A stretch of 64,000 nt of DNA from Cetorhinus maximus. Its lineage: Eukaryota. Positions 36,121-48,742 of this stretch are shown here, one piece after another (the stretch's first letter is position 1; every line of letters starts with the position of its first letter). The translations under genes and the position numbers were made by a program. The notes beneath the pieces were generated by a model that saw nothing but the letters and a program-made list of their open reading frames with translations, searched no databases and was not told where the DNA came from. The stretch covers positions 25,730,001 to 25,794,000 of the forward strand of contig NC_135893.1 of the NCBI RefSeq assembly GCF_964194155.1. The letters run 5' to 3'.

Positions 36121-37077
36121 AATGAAGCAGTTTGAGAAGAAGCACACAGAAAGTAAAATATCCACGACAGCCATATTCCCTTTTCCCTCTCTCCTCTCCT
36201 CTCCTGATGAAGCTGACTCACTCCGGGGATACAGGTCTACCAGGCACTGGGCATCCCGTGGCATCTCACCCTACCACACTTTATTCGATTGTGGAAGCTG
36301 TCCTGACCTGATATCCATGCACAGGCACCGTCCAGTCACTACATTAGCTGCTTGTGGCTGGTGATGAAGCACCCTGAGGTCAAATAGCCTGTTGGCACTC
36401 ACTGTCCAGCCTCGCTGGAATGACCACTTGGGTGAGATACCAAGGTATAAACAGTGGCTTTGGTCCTCTTCCATGCAGGAATCATTGCCACTCCTCCCAA
36501 CAATGCCTCAGAGTGAAGGGGAATAAAGTGGAGGGAAAAATTCATTAACCACAAAAAGTTATTATTTTTCAGCCGCATCATTTAGAAACAAAGAATTTTC
36601 AAGGCTGGAGGAGACTGCCAGTATACCTCGCCAACCGCCTTGTGCCCTGATTTAATGTGTTTTCCTTCAAGGGACTTGAATTTGATCCCGAAGAGATCTA
36701 AGATCATTGCCCCTCTAATCTTCCTCAATAAGCTATTGCAGTAATCCACCACTCTGTCAGGAAAATCTCAGAGGGTCCTCACTAAATCTACCCATTCTCC
36801 TTTTGTTTTCCTGCCCCCTCACCTTCTGCTGTCTTGTGATGATTCAAATATCCCGAGATGAGGCTCTTCCCCCCCCCCCCACCGACCCCTGAGTTTTATT
36901 CATTTGATTGGTTCATTCCTATCCTTTCATCCCCTCTCTGGTGAGGAGAACCCCATTGCCATGAGCCTATCTTCAAATGATAGGTTCTCTTATCCCTCCA
37001 TCGTCATGGAAGTTTTCCTCTGCACTTTCTCCAGTTCAGTTATCCTCTTGTGTAGTGCAGCAAACACTCTATTGAGG

Positions 37078-37275
37078 ATAAAAGCAAAATACTGCGCATG
37101 CTGGAAATCTGAAATAAAAACAGAAAATGCTGGAAAAAAGCAGCCTTTCTGGCAGTAACTGCGGAGAGACAAAGCTCTTAAAATGACTTAAAAGGACTTA
37201 AAACGTTAACTCTGTTTCTGTCTCCACAGATGCTGCCAGACCTGCTGAGTTTTTCCAGCATTTTCTGTTTTTATA
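37078..37275. mobile_element. inverted pair of short Penelope-like 3' termini
   Basis: ATAAAAACAGAAAATGCTGGAAAAA and its exact reverse complement about 110 bp downstream. Similar termini at about 2620-2740, 17740-17870, 25930-26040 and 38075-38200. Confidence 0.7.
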
Positions 37276-37305
37276 TCCTACTGAGGACCTAACCAATACT
37301 CCATG

Positions 37306-38494
37306 TAGGGTTGCCAACTGTGATTAAATATATTCCTGGAGGTTTCATCACATGACTTTCCCTCACACTCCAGCCATTGGGCAGAATTTTGCCCTTGGTG
37401 GACGGGCAGGCAGCTGAACTCTGCCACCAAAATGGGGCCGGCCGCCATTTTGAGTGGGCGGGCCAATTAAGGCCCGCCCAGCGGCCTGCCCGATGGGAAG
37501 CGCAATGGACTTCCTGTTCCGGGGGAGGGGATCCCCAACTGTCAAAGTGCGCTCTTTCACACGTGCACAAAAGAGCGCACTGCTCCCTGAGGCAAAGTCC
37601 TGTCTCAGGGAGAATACTGACAGGTAAGAAAAGTCAAAAAATAGAGAAATATTAAAATTATTAACATGTCCCCCTCATGTGACAATGTCACACAAGATGG
37701 GACATGTTAATAAGAAACACATAAAGTTTATTGCATTTTTAAAAAACGGACATGAAACCTCATCCCGCCAGTGGATGAAGTTTCATGAATAATCTGCAGT
37801 CCGCGGGGACTCCTGGCCTGCCCGCCAGCCTTAAGCTTGGACGGGCAGGGTCTTTAATAATGTTAATTAGCCTGTCAATGGCCTCAATTGGCCATTGACA
37901 GGTCGGCGGGCAGACAGCTGATTTCGCTGTCCGTCCGCCTTCCTAAAGATTTAAAGGGACCGGGAGTTCCTCCCGACGTCATCCCGCGTCATTTTCCCCT
38001 CGGCGAGCGGGCCCCGCCCCCAAATCGCCGAGGGGAAAATCCTGGCCGTTATTCAGCCAACACATCCATCCTTGTTCTGATGAAGAGTCATACAGACTCA
38101 AAACGTTAACTCTGTCTTCCTTCCCACAGATGCTGTCAGACCTTTTCCAGCAATTTTTGTCTTTGTTTAAAATTTCCAGCATCCGCAGTATTTTGCTTTC
38201 ATCCTTGTGATGTACTGCCTTCCTACGCCAATTGGAAAGCAATAAGACTCATTACCCAATTGGATGATGCTTGACTGTCAGCCAAACATCCTTCACCCAC
38301 CCCTCCCCACCCCCCCACACCCCATTTTCAATACTTTTATATCTGATCAAGAGAAATGTTCAAAGAAAACGACAAAAAAAATCTTATTTTAATGACCCGA
38401 TGATTTTTCTCCAGGGTTGCACACAGCAGTGACCTGGAGATTGATCTTCAATTCCTGGAGGCTCCAGGCCAGTCCTGGAGGGTTGGCAACCGTA
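37306..38494. mobile_element. hAT (Blackjack-like) non-autonomous element hosting nested insertions
   Basis: TAGGGTTGCCAAC and GTTGGCAACCGTA termini (1 mismatch); no convincing 8-bp TSD. Confidence 0.45.
37379..38047. mobile_element. second copy of the hairpin-rich TIR element
   Basis: GGGCAGAATTTTGCCC...GGGGAAAATCCTGGCC; colinear similarity to 671-1354. Confidence 0.75.
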
Positions 38495-39249
38495 GCTCTG
38501 CACAATGGGCAAGATTCCTTTGGTCTACTCTCGGTACCAATGTGGAGTAAAGGGCAGGCCAGGGGGTGGGGAGGGATTCGAAAGGAGAACAGACATTTCT
38601 CCATTTTCATTGCGTTTCAGGAGTACAGGCACTATTGTGGGACGAAGCACTTCACTGCTCTCCCCATTGACTGAGCTCTCAGGCATATTTGACTTTGGTT
38701 CGGTTGACCTGTCCTATCTCTGCTGAAAAAAAACGCTCCTATTGTACCGTGACCTTGAACTAACTCATAACAGCTTAGAGTGAAACCTTTACTTCTCCTT
38801 CTGACTGAAGGTCAAGGCTCAGGGTGTTGGAGAACTGAGGGGGGTAACAGTTGGCTAATAGAGACCTGTGGGGGTGAGAGGGCATTTGCGCCTTTAATGA
38901 ATTAAATGCATCACATCAAAACAGTGAATCTCATGAAAGGGAATAACTACAGCAATTCTCCTGGTAGTTCAGTGAGTATAGGCATGCCTGATTTGGAATT
39001 AGACTGCAGAGGTCACAGTGTCCCTGTTCTGACACGCAGTCTGTGTTGATTTAAGTAATCTTAGTTGTTAAACAATGACAATTTGCGTCAAAGTCTCTGG
39101 GTTTGGAAGGAGGAAAAAAAATCAATCAGAGAGAGTTCTGGCTCCAAACCCCTTCTGGAAACTGCACGTGTGAAGGAGAGGATCAGATTCCCATGTGATG
39201 GCCTCCACAGTCGGATAGCTTGCTGGCACTCACTGACTGTTTGGCAAGC

Positions 39250-40372
39250 AGGTCTTTGGAACTTAATTCCCCAGAGAGCAGTGGAGGCAGGGTCATTGAA
39301 TCACTTTAAAGCAGAGATAGATATATTCCTGACTAACAAGGGAGTCGAAGGTTATTTTCTGGTTGGCAAGGTGTAATGAGTGGTGTGCCACAGGGATCAG
39401 TGCTGGGGCCTTCTACAATTTATATAAATGACTTGGATGAAGGGACCAAAGATATGGTTGCTAAATTTGCGGATGACACAAAGATAGGTAAGATATTAAG
39501 ATGTGAAGAGGACACAAGGAGGCTACAAAGGGATATGGATAGGTTAAGTGAGCAAATGGAGTATGATGTGGGAAAGTATGAAATTGTCCATTTTGGCAGG
39601 AAAAATAAAAAAGAAGCATGCTATCTAAATGGTGATATTGAGAGATTGCAGAGCTCAGAGATGCAGAGGGACTTAGGTGTTCTAGGTGTGTGAATTACAA
39701 AAGGCCAATAAGCAGGTACAGCAAGTAATTTGAAAAGCTAATAGAATGTTGTCGTTTATTGTGAGGGGAATTGAATACAAAAGTAGGAAGATTATCCTTC
39801 AGCTGTACAGGGCACTGGTGAGACATCATCTGGTGTACTGTGTACAATACTGATCTCCTTATTTAAGGAAGGATGTTAATGAGTTGGAAGCAGTTCTGGG
39901 GTTTACTAAACTAATATTGGGATTGGGCGGGTTATCTTATGTGGAAAGGTTGGGCAGGCTAGGTTTGTTTGCGCTGGAGAAGAGTAAAAGGAGACTTGAT
40001 TGAAACATATAAGACCCTGAGGGGTTTTGACTGGGTCGATGGGGAGTAGATGTTTCCTCTTGTGGAAGAATCTAGAACTAAGGGCCACTAAGAGCATAAT
40101 CTCAGAGTAAGGAGTCACCCATTTAGGACGGGGCTCAGGAGAATTTTTTTTTCTCTCAGAGGGTAGTGCATCTTTGTAACTCTCTTCCTTAAAAGGCGGT
40201 GGAAGCAGAGTCTTTGAATATTCTTAAGGCAGAGCTAGATAGATTCTTAATAAGAAAGGGGATGAAAGGCTATTGGGGGAAGGTGGGAATGTGGGGTTGA
40301 GGTTACAGTCAGATCCGCCATGATCTTATTGAATGGTGGAGTAGGCCCGAGCTACTCCTGCTCCTAATTTAT
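39250..40372 (+). mobile_element. CR1 LINE fragments
   Basis: SGVPQGSVLGP..YINDLD..KFADDTK through to the 3' UTR. Confidence 0.9.
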
Positions 40373-41523
40373 ATGCAAGGTGCTCAAGAGCTTTGGTCTG
40401 GTTGCACAAGAGAAGAAAACTGTGGTGTTGGGGGGTGGGGGGGGGGGGTGGGGAGAGGGAGAGGGGGGGCGGGGTGAGGGGTGGGGGGGGTGGCAGTGCG
40501 GAGGCAGGTGGTGTCTCCAGGCCTGGTCAGTAAATAGTGATTTTAATGGATAAGATTTCTAATTGCATGCTCCCTGCTCAGAGCCTCACCCATTGGGAGC
40601 ACGTCAAAAACTGTGCATGTGATTTACAATAGGCTGCAACTTGCTGAAAAAATAACAGTGCACACCTTATTAATGTGCAGATTGGGCAGCAGGTTCAGTG
40701 GAAGAGCAGATGAAACATGGGTTGAGAATCTTCAGAATTTGCTGGTCAATTTACCTCACTCTGCTATTTACTTCACACCAGCAGCCATTGGCTTCCCTGT
40801 TATTTTAAAGAACTTGCTAGATTTGCACATTAATTGCCCATTAAACTCTCAATGGAAATATAATTAAGAGCATGCCTTTTTAACACCATATTACTTGTTA
40901 ACATAGTGCCAATCAAGCTCTCTGGCCCAGAATGGGAACAATTGAAAGTGTTAAATCTCATTCCTTCAGGTTGTGAATTGTGGTTGGAGATTTTAGAAAC
41001 TTCAATTTTTTTTTAACTTTTTTCTCTTTCTCTCTCTCTCTCTAAATCCAAACTTTCTTTCCTTCTCTTTGATCAATTGACTCAAATTCATACTCATTCG
41101 TAGTCTGTCTGTTTCTCAATTCTGAAATCTCGTTAGGTAAGGAGGCAGACCATTGGTCCCACCCACTCTTGCCTGGTTGCTCTCATCACACTGTTATCAG
41201 AAATTAGGGAACTAACTGTTTTGGTCTGAAGGGCGGAGGTTAAATTCTAACTAACGGCACACACTGTGAGAGAACCTACTAAAGCAAGATACAACCGAGT
41301 GTGTATTCCCAGCAACTGAGGATCTGCATTGGGAGTGGGCAGTCAGGAAAGTTAGCCTTTAAATCCTAGAGTGGCATTTGCCTTTAACAGCCTAGACTAG
41401 ATGAAACGCACTTGTTCCCTCAAAAGAAATGAATGATTAATCGGCTGTGCTAGGCACGCTTTGTATCACTAACCAGCTCCCTTGTAGTTTCCAATGTTTT
41501 CAAACTCTGGCAGCGTTTCTTAC

Positions 41524-41700
41524 CAAAGTGCCTATCGCCACTTGGATCCCATAGATGAGCCTGAGTTTGCCTGGCCCCTGGATACCTTCCGGCAGAACTG
41601 AGTCGGTGAATACAGTGTAAACTACCCCGGAAACCAGCAGCACAAACAAGCCGACCACAAGAGCCAACATCATTGCCAAAGTCCAAATCACTAGATCCAT
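41524..41700 (-). CDS. AADACL4: arylacetamide deacetylase-like (AADACL3/4-type) exon 1, signal-anchor
   Basis: MDLVIWTLAMMLALVVGLFVLLVSGVVYTVFTDSVLPEGIQGPGKLRLIYGIQVAIGTL then GTAAGA; 177 nt, phase 0; hydrophobic N-terminal anchor. AADACL3 versus AADACL4 cannot be resolved without phylogeny. Confidence 0.85.
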
Positions 41701-42059
41701 AATAAGCTTTCTGTAATAAGTCTTTCGACAGGCTCAGCGATCACTCAGACAGGCCAGATCCTTGTCCTGCCAGTTTGCTCTCTGCACTGTTCAGTGTCCT
41801 TGCAGAGCTGAGGAAGAGGAAATACCTCACTGCAAACCAGGAACTGGAAGTGGTGTGTGTTTGTGTGTGTGTGTGTGTATTTCATTGAATCATAGAATGC
41901 TAACAGCACAGAAGGAGGCCATTCGGCCTGCCATGTCCATGCTGGCTCTCTGTAAGAGAAACTCAGCTGGTTCCACTCCCCTGCCTTTTCCCTGTACCCC
42001 TGGAATATTTTTTCTCTTCAGATAATTATCCAATTCCTTTTACTTTTCTTTTTCCTGTC

Positions 42060-42415
42060 TATTGTTAGATGTGATTCCGCGATTCAGCAGCACTTGCTGA
42101 ACAATCCTGAATGTGCTAATAACTACACTAACAACCAATTTAAGATCATCAGTTGAGCTCATAACATGGCTCATTTACGCTTGTTAGAAGCAACATACAT
42201 TCATACGCAACAACCCATTCTCTGTAAACAAAAAGAACATGTTCAAGCCTTTGCACCTTTTTTGAATTACCCGGGAGCTTAGGGAGCCTATAGTTCCCCG
42301 TTGCTTTCTCCATGGCAATGCCTCAGCCAATCAGACTGCCATCAAATTAGCACCCTTTTTTCCCATTGTATAAATTGTTGTGATTGTTTGAAATTTGGCA
42401 TTCTTGCATTTATCC
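42060..42415 (+). mobile_element. third copy of the 8.1-9.5 kb Penelope-like family
   Basis: QHLLNNPECANNYTNNQFKIIS...HLRLLEATYIHTQQPILCKQKEHV plus the shared CCAAT/GTATAAATTGTTG tail. Confidence 0.75.
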
Positions 42416-42494
42416 ACTAACCTGCCACTTGCAGGTTAGTCACTGGTTTATTATTTCAAGCAGCTGGACAGGTTAGTCCAATAAGGGGCATAGG

Positions 42495-42847
42495 TAGGGT
42501 AGACAGGAAGGAACTTTTCCCCTTGGTGGAGGGATCAATAACCAGGGGGCACAGATTTAAGGTAAGAGGCAGGAGGTTTAGAGGGAATGTGAGGAAGAAT
42601 TTTTTTCACCCAGAGGATGGTGGGAATCTGGAACTCACCGCCTGAAAGGGTGGTAGAGGCAGAAACCCTCATAACATTTAAGAAGGATTTGGATGTGCAC
42701 TTGCGATGCCATGGCAAACAAGGCTATGGGCCTAGTGCTGGAAAATGGGATTAGAATAGTTAGGTACTTGTTTGACCGGCGCAGACTCAATGGGCCGAAG
42801 GGTCCTTTTCTGTGCTGTAGACCTCTATGACTCTATGACTCTATGAC
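42495..42847 (+). mobile_element. CR1/HER1-type LINE 3' end with (CTCTATGA)n tail
   Basis: Typical CR1 ORF2 end followed by three CTCTATGA units. Confidence 0.8.
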
Positions 42848-44714
42848 AGGTTAGTTATTGGTTTATCATTTCAGACAGCTGGTTTATGCCTGGATATTTC
42901 CCGGTCTGTTTTACCACTCTGGAAAATTGACTTTGCACAGAGGAGCATCTTGCTGGCATCGCATTGTTTATGGCAAAAATAGTTTGGCTGCAGGCATGGG
43001 TGGTCTCATAGGGGTAGCCTTCGGAGCTGGCGGGTAAGGGGGGGGCAGCAGGGTGGACCCAACTGCCAGGAGAGGGAGGAGGAAGAGGGGACTGCCCAGG
43101 AGGCCAGGTCCAGAGCAGGTATTCAGGGACCATCTTCCGTATATTAACAATCTTACAGGCCTTTGCTTCACCATGTGGGTGAGCACTGAGTGATGGCATC
43201 TGCTGCTTGAGCCTTGGACCAGGGTATGGACGACACTATCTCTGGCTGTCAAGATCATCGCTGCCCTCAACCTTTCTGCCAAAGGCTCCTTCCATGCTGC
43301 AGCAGGGGACACCTCCCAGTTCACAGAGCACCCTGGTATCATCGAGCCTCTTACACACAAATGCCTTTATCCCCTTCCCTAGGGTCAGAGTGAAACAGGA
43401 TGAGGGAGAGCACAAGGCTTCCCCTGGATAGCAGGCTTCCCCAGGGTGTCATAGACGACACACGCCCCCATCACCAACCAGGCCTCTGCCAATCATAAAG
43501 GATTCTTCTCCCTCCAAGTTTGTATTATGCGGGTCTGTGCCTGCTCTCCTGGCATCAGTCAGGACTCTTTCATCCTGCGCCAGTCCTCTGCCCCCTCTTT
43601 ATTCCAACCAGGCCGTCAAGCTCAAGGCTGGTCTATCCGACAGCAGCGATTATTTCCTCCGGACATGGCTCACAGGACCTCCTGCTGGGCACCCGTGTAC
43701 TTGATGGATATGACGGAGCCATGCTGAGCCGGGATAGGTCAACAGAATGAAAGTCGAATACCTTTTGGAACCCAGCCAAGGAGGAAAGTACTGAAGAGTG
43801 CCATTGGTCACTCTGAACTTACACCAGAATCTCAGCCCCCTTCCAAAAGCCCTCTTATTACACATAGGCATCAAGGATTGCAAAGCGAAGATCTATTGTA
43901 AAGAGCGTTGATCAGGTCCCTACTAGGCCGTGTCAGCTGTAGCCCACTGGGTAGCACTATTGCCTGTAAGTTATAGGGTTGTGGGTTCAAGTCCTGCTCT
44001 TAGAGGCTCAAGTGTAGAATCTAGGCTGACACTCCAGTGAAGTACTGAAAGGATACTACACTGTTGGAGGTGCCATCTCTCAAATGAGATATAAACTGAG
44101 GACCTCATAGGAACAAACCATCTTACAACAAGAACATCACTGAGCAAACGTTCAGCATGTTTAAGATTGGTTCAGGCAGCAGAAGCCTTTTTAGAGGAAC
44201 TTGCAGTAGATCCCTGAGAGGGTGTCCTGATGTATGCTACACAATTTCTGGAACATTAATAATATACTCAGTTACACCTCTGTTAACAGAGATAATGAAT
44301 ACTTATCCTTCTACCAGCCCCGAGCGGCTGCCTGCTGTTCTCCATTTCCTCTCCTGGTGCTCTGACAAGGTGGTTCCCTAGTGGCCGCAGCTCTGAAGGA
44401 GAAGGCAGCTGAGTTTCCATTGAGGACTACTACAAGTGGCTGTAGCCTGCGAGCTGGAGCAGGTCTGGGCCTACAGGGCACGGCTGCAGACTGCACCATA
44501 TCTGCCCGAGCCGGGGGGCAGCCTAGCCCAGCCGGCTGTGTGGCCTCAGGAAGGGCATTGGTAGGATGGCAGGCAGGGGAGCAGGCTCGGAACTATCCTG
44601 GGACAGTGCCTCAGCACTCCAACAGCTCTGTGTAGGGCTGCTGTGGAGGGCCATCAATTTCCTTTTTTTCGTGTGTTCGAGGGTTCTAATGATGTAGAAA
44701 CACCGTTAAAAGAA

Positions 44715-45175
44715 AAATTTGCATTTATATAGCACTTTTCACAACCCACTGGACATCTCAAAGCACTTTACAGCCAATGAAGCACTTTTTTTTTTAAGTG
44801 TACCTGTTGCAAAGTAGGAGACACTGCAGCCAATTTGCACACAGCCAACTCCCACACAACAGCAACATGATAATGAGCAGATAATGGTTTTTTGGGATGT
44901 TGATTGAGGGGTGAATGTTAAGCAGGACACTGGGGAGAACTCCCCAGCTCCTCTTCGAAATAGTCTGTCATAGGATCTTTTACATCCACCTGAGCAGGCA
45001 GGTGGGGCCTTGCTTTAACGTCTCATCCAAAAGGCGGAGCCTCCAACAGTGCAGCACTCCCTCAGTGCTGCAACGGAGTGACTTTTGTGCTCAAACCTTG
45101 GAGCAGAACCTGAACCCAGAACCTTGTGAGTCTGAGGCCAATGGGCCACCAACTGAGCCACTGCTGACCCTCACT
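44715..45175 (-). mobile_element. DeuSINE (SacSINE/AmnSINE-type), near full length
   Basis: tRNA-like head (GGCTCAGTTGG, GGTTCAGGTTC), Deu core (GGATGAGACGTTAAA...GGTGGATGTAAAAGATCC) and L2-like tail. Other copies at about 27140-27540, 35175-35430(-), 43930-44105, 49185-49525, 49995-50295 and 55435-55880. Confidence 0.8.
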
Positions 45176-46702
45176 GATGTTAGGTGATGCAAATTCCTGG
45201 GGAGCTCTGACTTGCTGGGTCTGTCTCAAACTTAGTGGTTGCTGGATTTCAAAGAACGTGCCAGCTCTCATGTAGGTATAAGTCACAGCCCGTGTTAAAA
45301 CCACGCTCCGTGATATATAGCGGACGATGGAAGAAGGTGGCTGCACAATTTGTGCTGGATCATTATTTCTTTTAGCCACTAGATGGAGATATAGGACCAC
45401 TCAGGAACTTGGCAACACAAGGATCCTTTCCCCAAAAGGTAGAACCTTAAACACTGGCACGGATGGAGCTGTTGGGCCGAATGGCCCGTTCCTGTGCTGA
45501 AACTTTGTATTGAATGTGGGACCCACCCTGTACGGCAAGTAACATGGATGCATTTAAGAAGAAGCTGGATATGTACATGAGGGAGAAAGGAATAGAAAGA
45601 TGTGTTCTTAGGGTTAGATGAGGAGCGGTGGGAGGAAGCTCATGTGGAGCATAAACAGCATGAAGCAGTTGGGCTGAATGGCCTGTTTCTCTGTTGAAAA
45701 TGTTATGTAACAGGGGCTGACCTTCTAAACATACGCTCCAAAAGAAGTACCCCAACCTCACCACGGACAGGGAACAGGCTCCTTCCTGGTCCCTGTGACT
45801 CAGTGCCAAGTGTGGCTGGTACACAGACGCCGCGAACAGAAGGGTGGGGAACTGTGAAATCGTGTTTCAAAGGTGGGATGGGAATGAAAAAGGTGTCTGC
45901 TTCCTGGAGCCAGAAATGATTGGCATTTGTTCCCAAGATGTTTACTCACCGTGCCCAGACAGCATTGGGTGAGCCCCTTTCATTGTCTCATTCGTGACAA
46001 TGATCCAAGAATTTCTCAATGGGTTTCTGAAGTTTGGCATCGTTACTGTGTGGAAAAGAAATGCTCATTATTACCTTTCAACCCCTAGGACTGTCAGTTG
46101 CTTAATCTGGATCCATTGTCTGACGATTGGCTTTAAGGGTGAAGTGGGGGGTGGAATATCTTCAACATTAGTCGATATCGAGAGCTGAAGGATGTGCCAA
46201 GTCTGCTCTGCGATAGAGTCCGTCTCTGAGCCAGTCTTCAGGAGGGGAAGGAAATAATCTAGGGAAAGGAGACTGTTTGCGTTGGCAGACGGAGGGGGGG
46301 GGGATGGGGGTCAGTAACCAGAGGGCACATAGAGATAATTGGCAAGAAATCCAGATGAGAATTTATTTAACGCAGAAGTTGTTCTGATCTGGAACAACTC
46401 AAAGGCTGGTGGAAACAGATTAAATAGTAACTCCCCAAACAGGATTGGACATATACTTGAAAAGGATAAATTTACAAGGGAATGGGCAGGGGACTGGAAC
46501 AAATTGGATAAGGCTTTCAAAGGGCTGGCACAGGCTTAATGGGCCAAGTGGTCTAATTCTGTGCTGTATCATTCTAGTTGAAAGGAGATACTCTTGCTAG
46601 ACTTTTCCTTCCTTTTAAGAAACTGTTTGCCTGGCAGTTGCGCCACACTCTGGGCCCGGCTCCAACACTATTGCACAATCTGAGTGCGTGAATGTTGCCC
46701 AG

Positions 46703-48742
46703 GAATGGAGTGGAAGGTGACTGGACGGTGAGTGGAGTAGAAAGCGGAGTGCATGGAGTGAAGATGAGTGGAGTGGAAGGCGGAGTGAAGGTGAGTGGAG
46801 TGGAGTGAAGGTGAGTAGAGTGAAGGTGGAGTGAGTGGAGTGAAGGTGAATGGAGTGAAGGTGAATGGAGTGAAGGTGGAGTGAATGGAGTGAAGGTGGA
46901 GTGAGTGGAGTGAAGGTGAGTGGAGTGAAGTGAAGGTGGAGTGAGTGGAGTGAAGGTGAATGGAGTGAAGGTGGAGTGAATGGAGTGAAGGTGGAGTGAG
47001 TGGAGTGAGGGTGGAGTGAGTGGAGTGAAGGTGAATGGAGTGAAGGTGGAGTGAATGGAGTGAAGGTGGAGTGAATGGAGTGAAGGTGGAGTGAGTGGAG
47101 TGAGGGTGGAGTGAAGGTGAATGGAGTGAAGGTGGAGTGAATGGAGTGAAGGTGGAGTGAAGGTGAATGGAGTGAAGGTGGAGTGAGTGGAGTGAAGGTG
47201 AATGGAGTGAAGGTGGAGTGAGTGGAGTGAAGGTGAATGGAGTGAAGGTGGAGTGAAGGTGGAGTGAGTGGAGTGAGGGTGCAGTGAAGGTGAATGGAGT
47301 GAAGGTGGAGTGAGTGGAGTGAGGGTGGAGTGAAGGTGAAGTGAGTGGAGTGAGGGTGGAGTGAAGGTGAATGGAGTGAAGGTGGAGTGAAGGTGGAGTG
47401 AATGGAATGAAGGTGGAGTGAGTGGAGTGAGGGTGGAGTGAAGGTGAATGGAGTGAAGGTGGAGTGAATGGAGTGAAGGTGGAGTGAGTGGAGTGAAGGT
47501 GAATGGAGTGAAGGTGGAGTGAGTGGAGTGAAGGTGGAGTGAGTGGAGTGAAGGTGGAGTGAGTGGAGTGAGGGTGGAGTGAAGGTGAATGGAGTGAAGG
47601 TGGAGTGAATGGAGTGAAGGTGGAGTGAAGGTGAATGGAGTGAAGGTGGAGTGAGTGGAGTGAAGGTGAATGGAGTGAAGGTGGAGTGAGTGGAGTGAAG
47701 GTGGAGTGAGTGGAGTGAAGATGAATGGAGTGAAGGTGGAGTGAAGGTGGAGTGAGTGGAGTGAGGGTGCAGTGAAGGTGAATGGAGTGAAGGTGGAGTG
47801 AGTGGAGTGAGGGTGGAGTGAAGGTGAAGTGAGTGGAGTGAGGGTGGAGTGAAGGTGAATGGAGTGAAGGTGGAGTGAATGGAGTGAAGGTGGAGTGAAT
47901 GGAATGAAGGTGGAGTGAGTGGAGTGAGGGTGGAGTGAAGGTGAATGGAGTGAAGGTGGAGTGAATGGAGTGAAGGTGGAGTGAGTGGAGTGAAGGTGAA
48001 TGGAGTGAAGGTGGAGTGAGTGGAGTGAAGGTGGAGTGAGTGGAGTGAAGGTGGAGTGAGTGGAGTGAGGGTGGAGTGAAGGTGAATGGAGTGAAGGTGG
48101 AGTGAATGGAGTGAAGGTGGAGTGAAGGTGAATGGAGTGAAGGTGGAGTGAGTGGAGTGAAGGTGAATGGAGTGAAGGTGGAGTGAGTGGAGTGAAGGTG
48201 AATGGAGTGAAGGTGGAGTGAAGGTGGAGTGAGTGGAGTGAGGGTGCAGTGAAGGTGAATGGAGTGAAGGTGGAGTGAGTGGAGTGAGGGTGGAGTGAAG
48301 GTGAAGTGAGTGGAGTGAGGGTGGAGTGAAGGTGAATGGAGTGAAGGTGGAGTGAATGGAGTGAAGGTGGAGTGAGTGGAGTGAAGGTGAATGGAGTGAA
48401 GGTGGAGTGAATGGAGTGAAGGTGGAGTGAGTGGAGTGAAGGTGGAGTGAGTGGAGTGAGGGTGGAGTGAAGGTGAATGGAGTGAAGGTGAAGTGAGTGG
48501 AGTAAAGGTGGAGTGAGTGGAGTGAAGGTGGAGTGAGTGGAGTGAAGGTGGAGTGAGCGGAGTGAGGGTGGAGTGAGTGGAGTGAAGGTGAATGGAATGA
48601 AAGTGGAGTGAGTGGAGTGAGGGTGGAGTGAAGGTGGAGTGAGTGGAGTGAGGGTGGAGTGAGTGGAGTGAAGGTGAATGGAATGAAAGTGGAGTGAGTG
48701 GAGTGATGGTGGATTGAAGGTGGAGTGAGTGGAGTGAAGGTG
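46703..48742. repeat. 2-kb purine-rich minisatellite (GGAGTGAAGGT / GGAGTGAGT / GGAGTGAAT / GAAT units)
   Basis: Directly visible; the plus strand has almost no C. Confidence 0.98.

Noticed and set aside
43930-44000. tRNA-like A/B boxes (also at 12520 and 56860)
   Set aside because: These are SINE heads; there is no cloverleaf and each is followed by a SINE core.
45190-45400. Ig V-like words (IVQPPSS...SVVLT, YM-SW) and an FGRG J-like motif near 43830
   Set aside because: The canonical cysteines are absent, several frameshifts would be needed and the spacing is wrong; likely chance.
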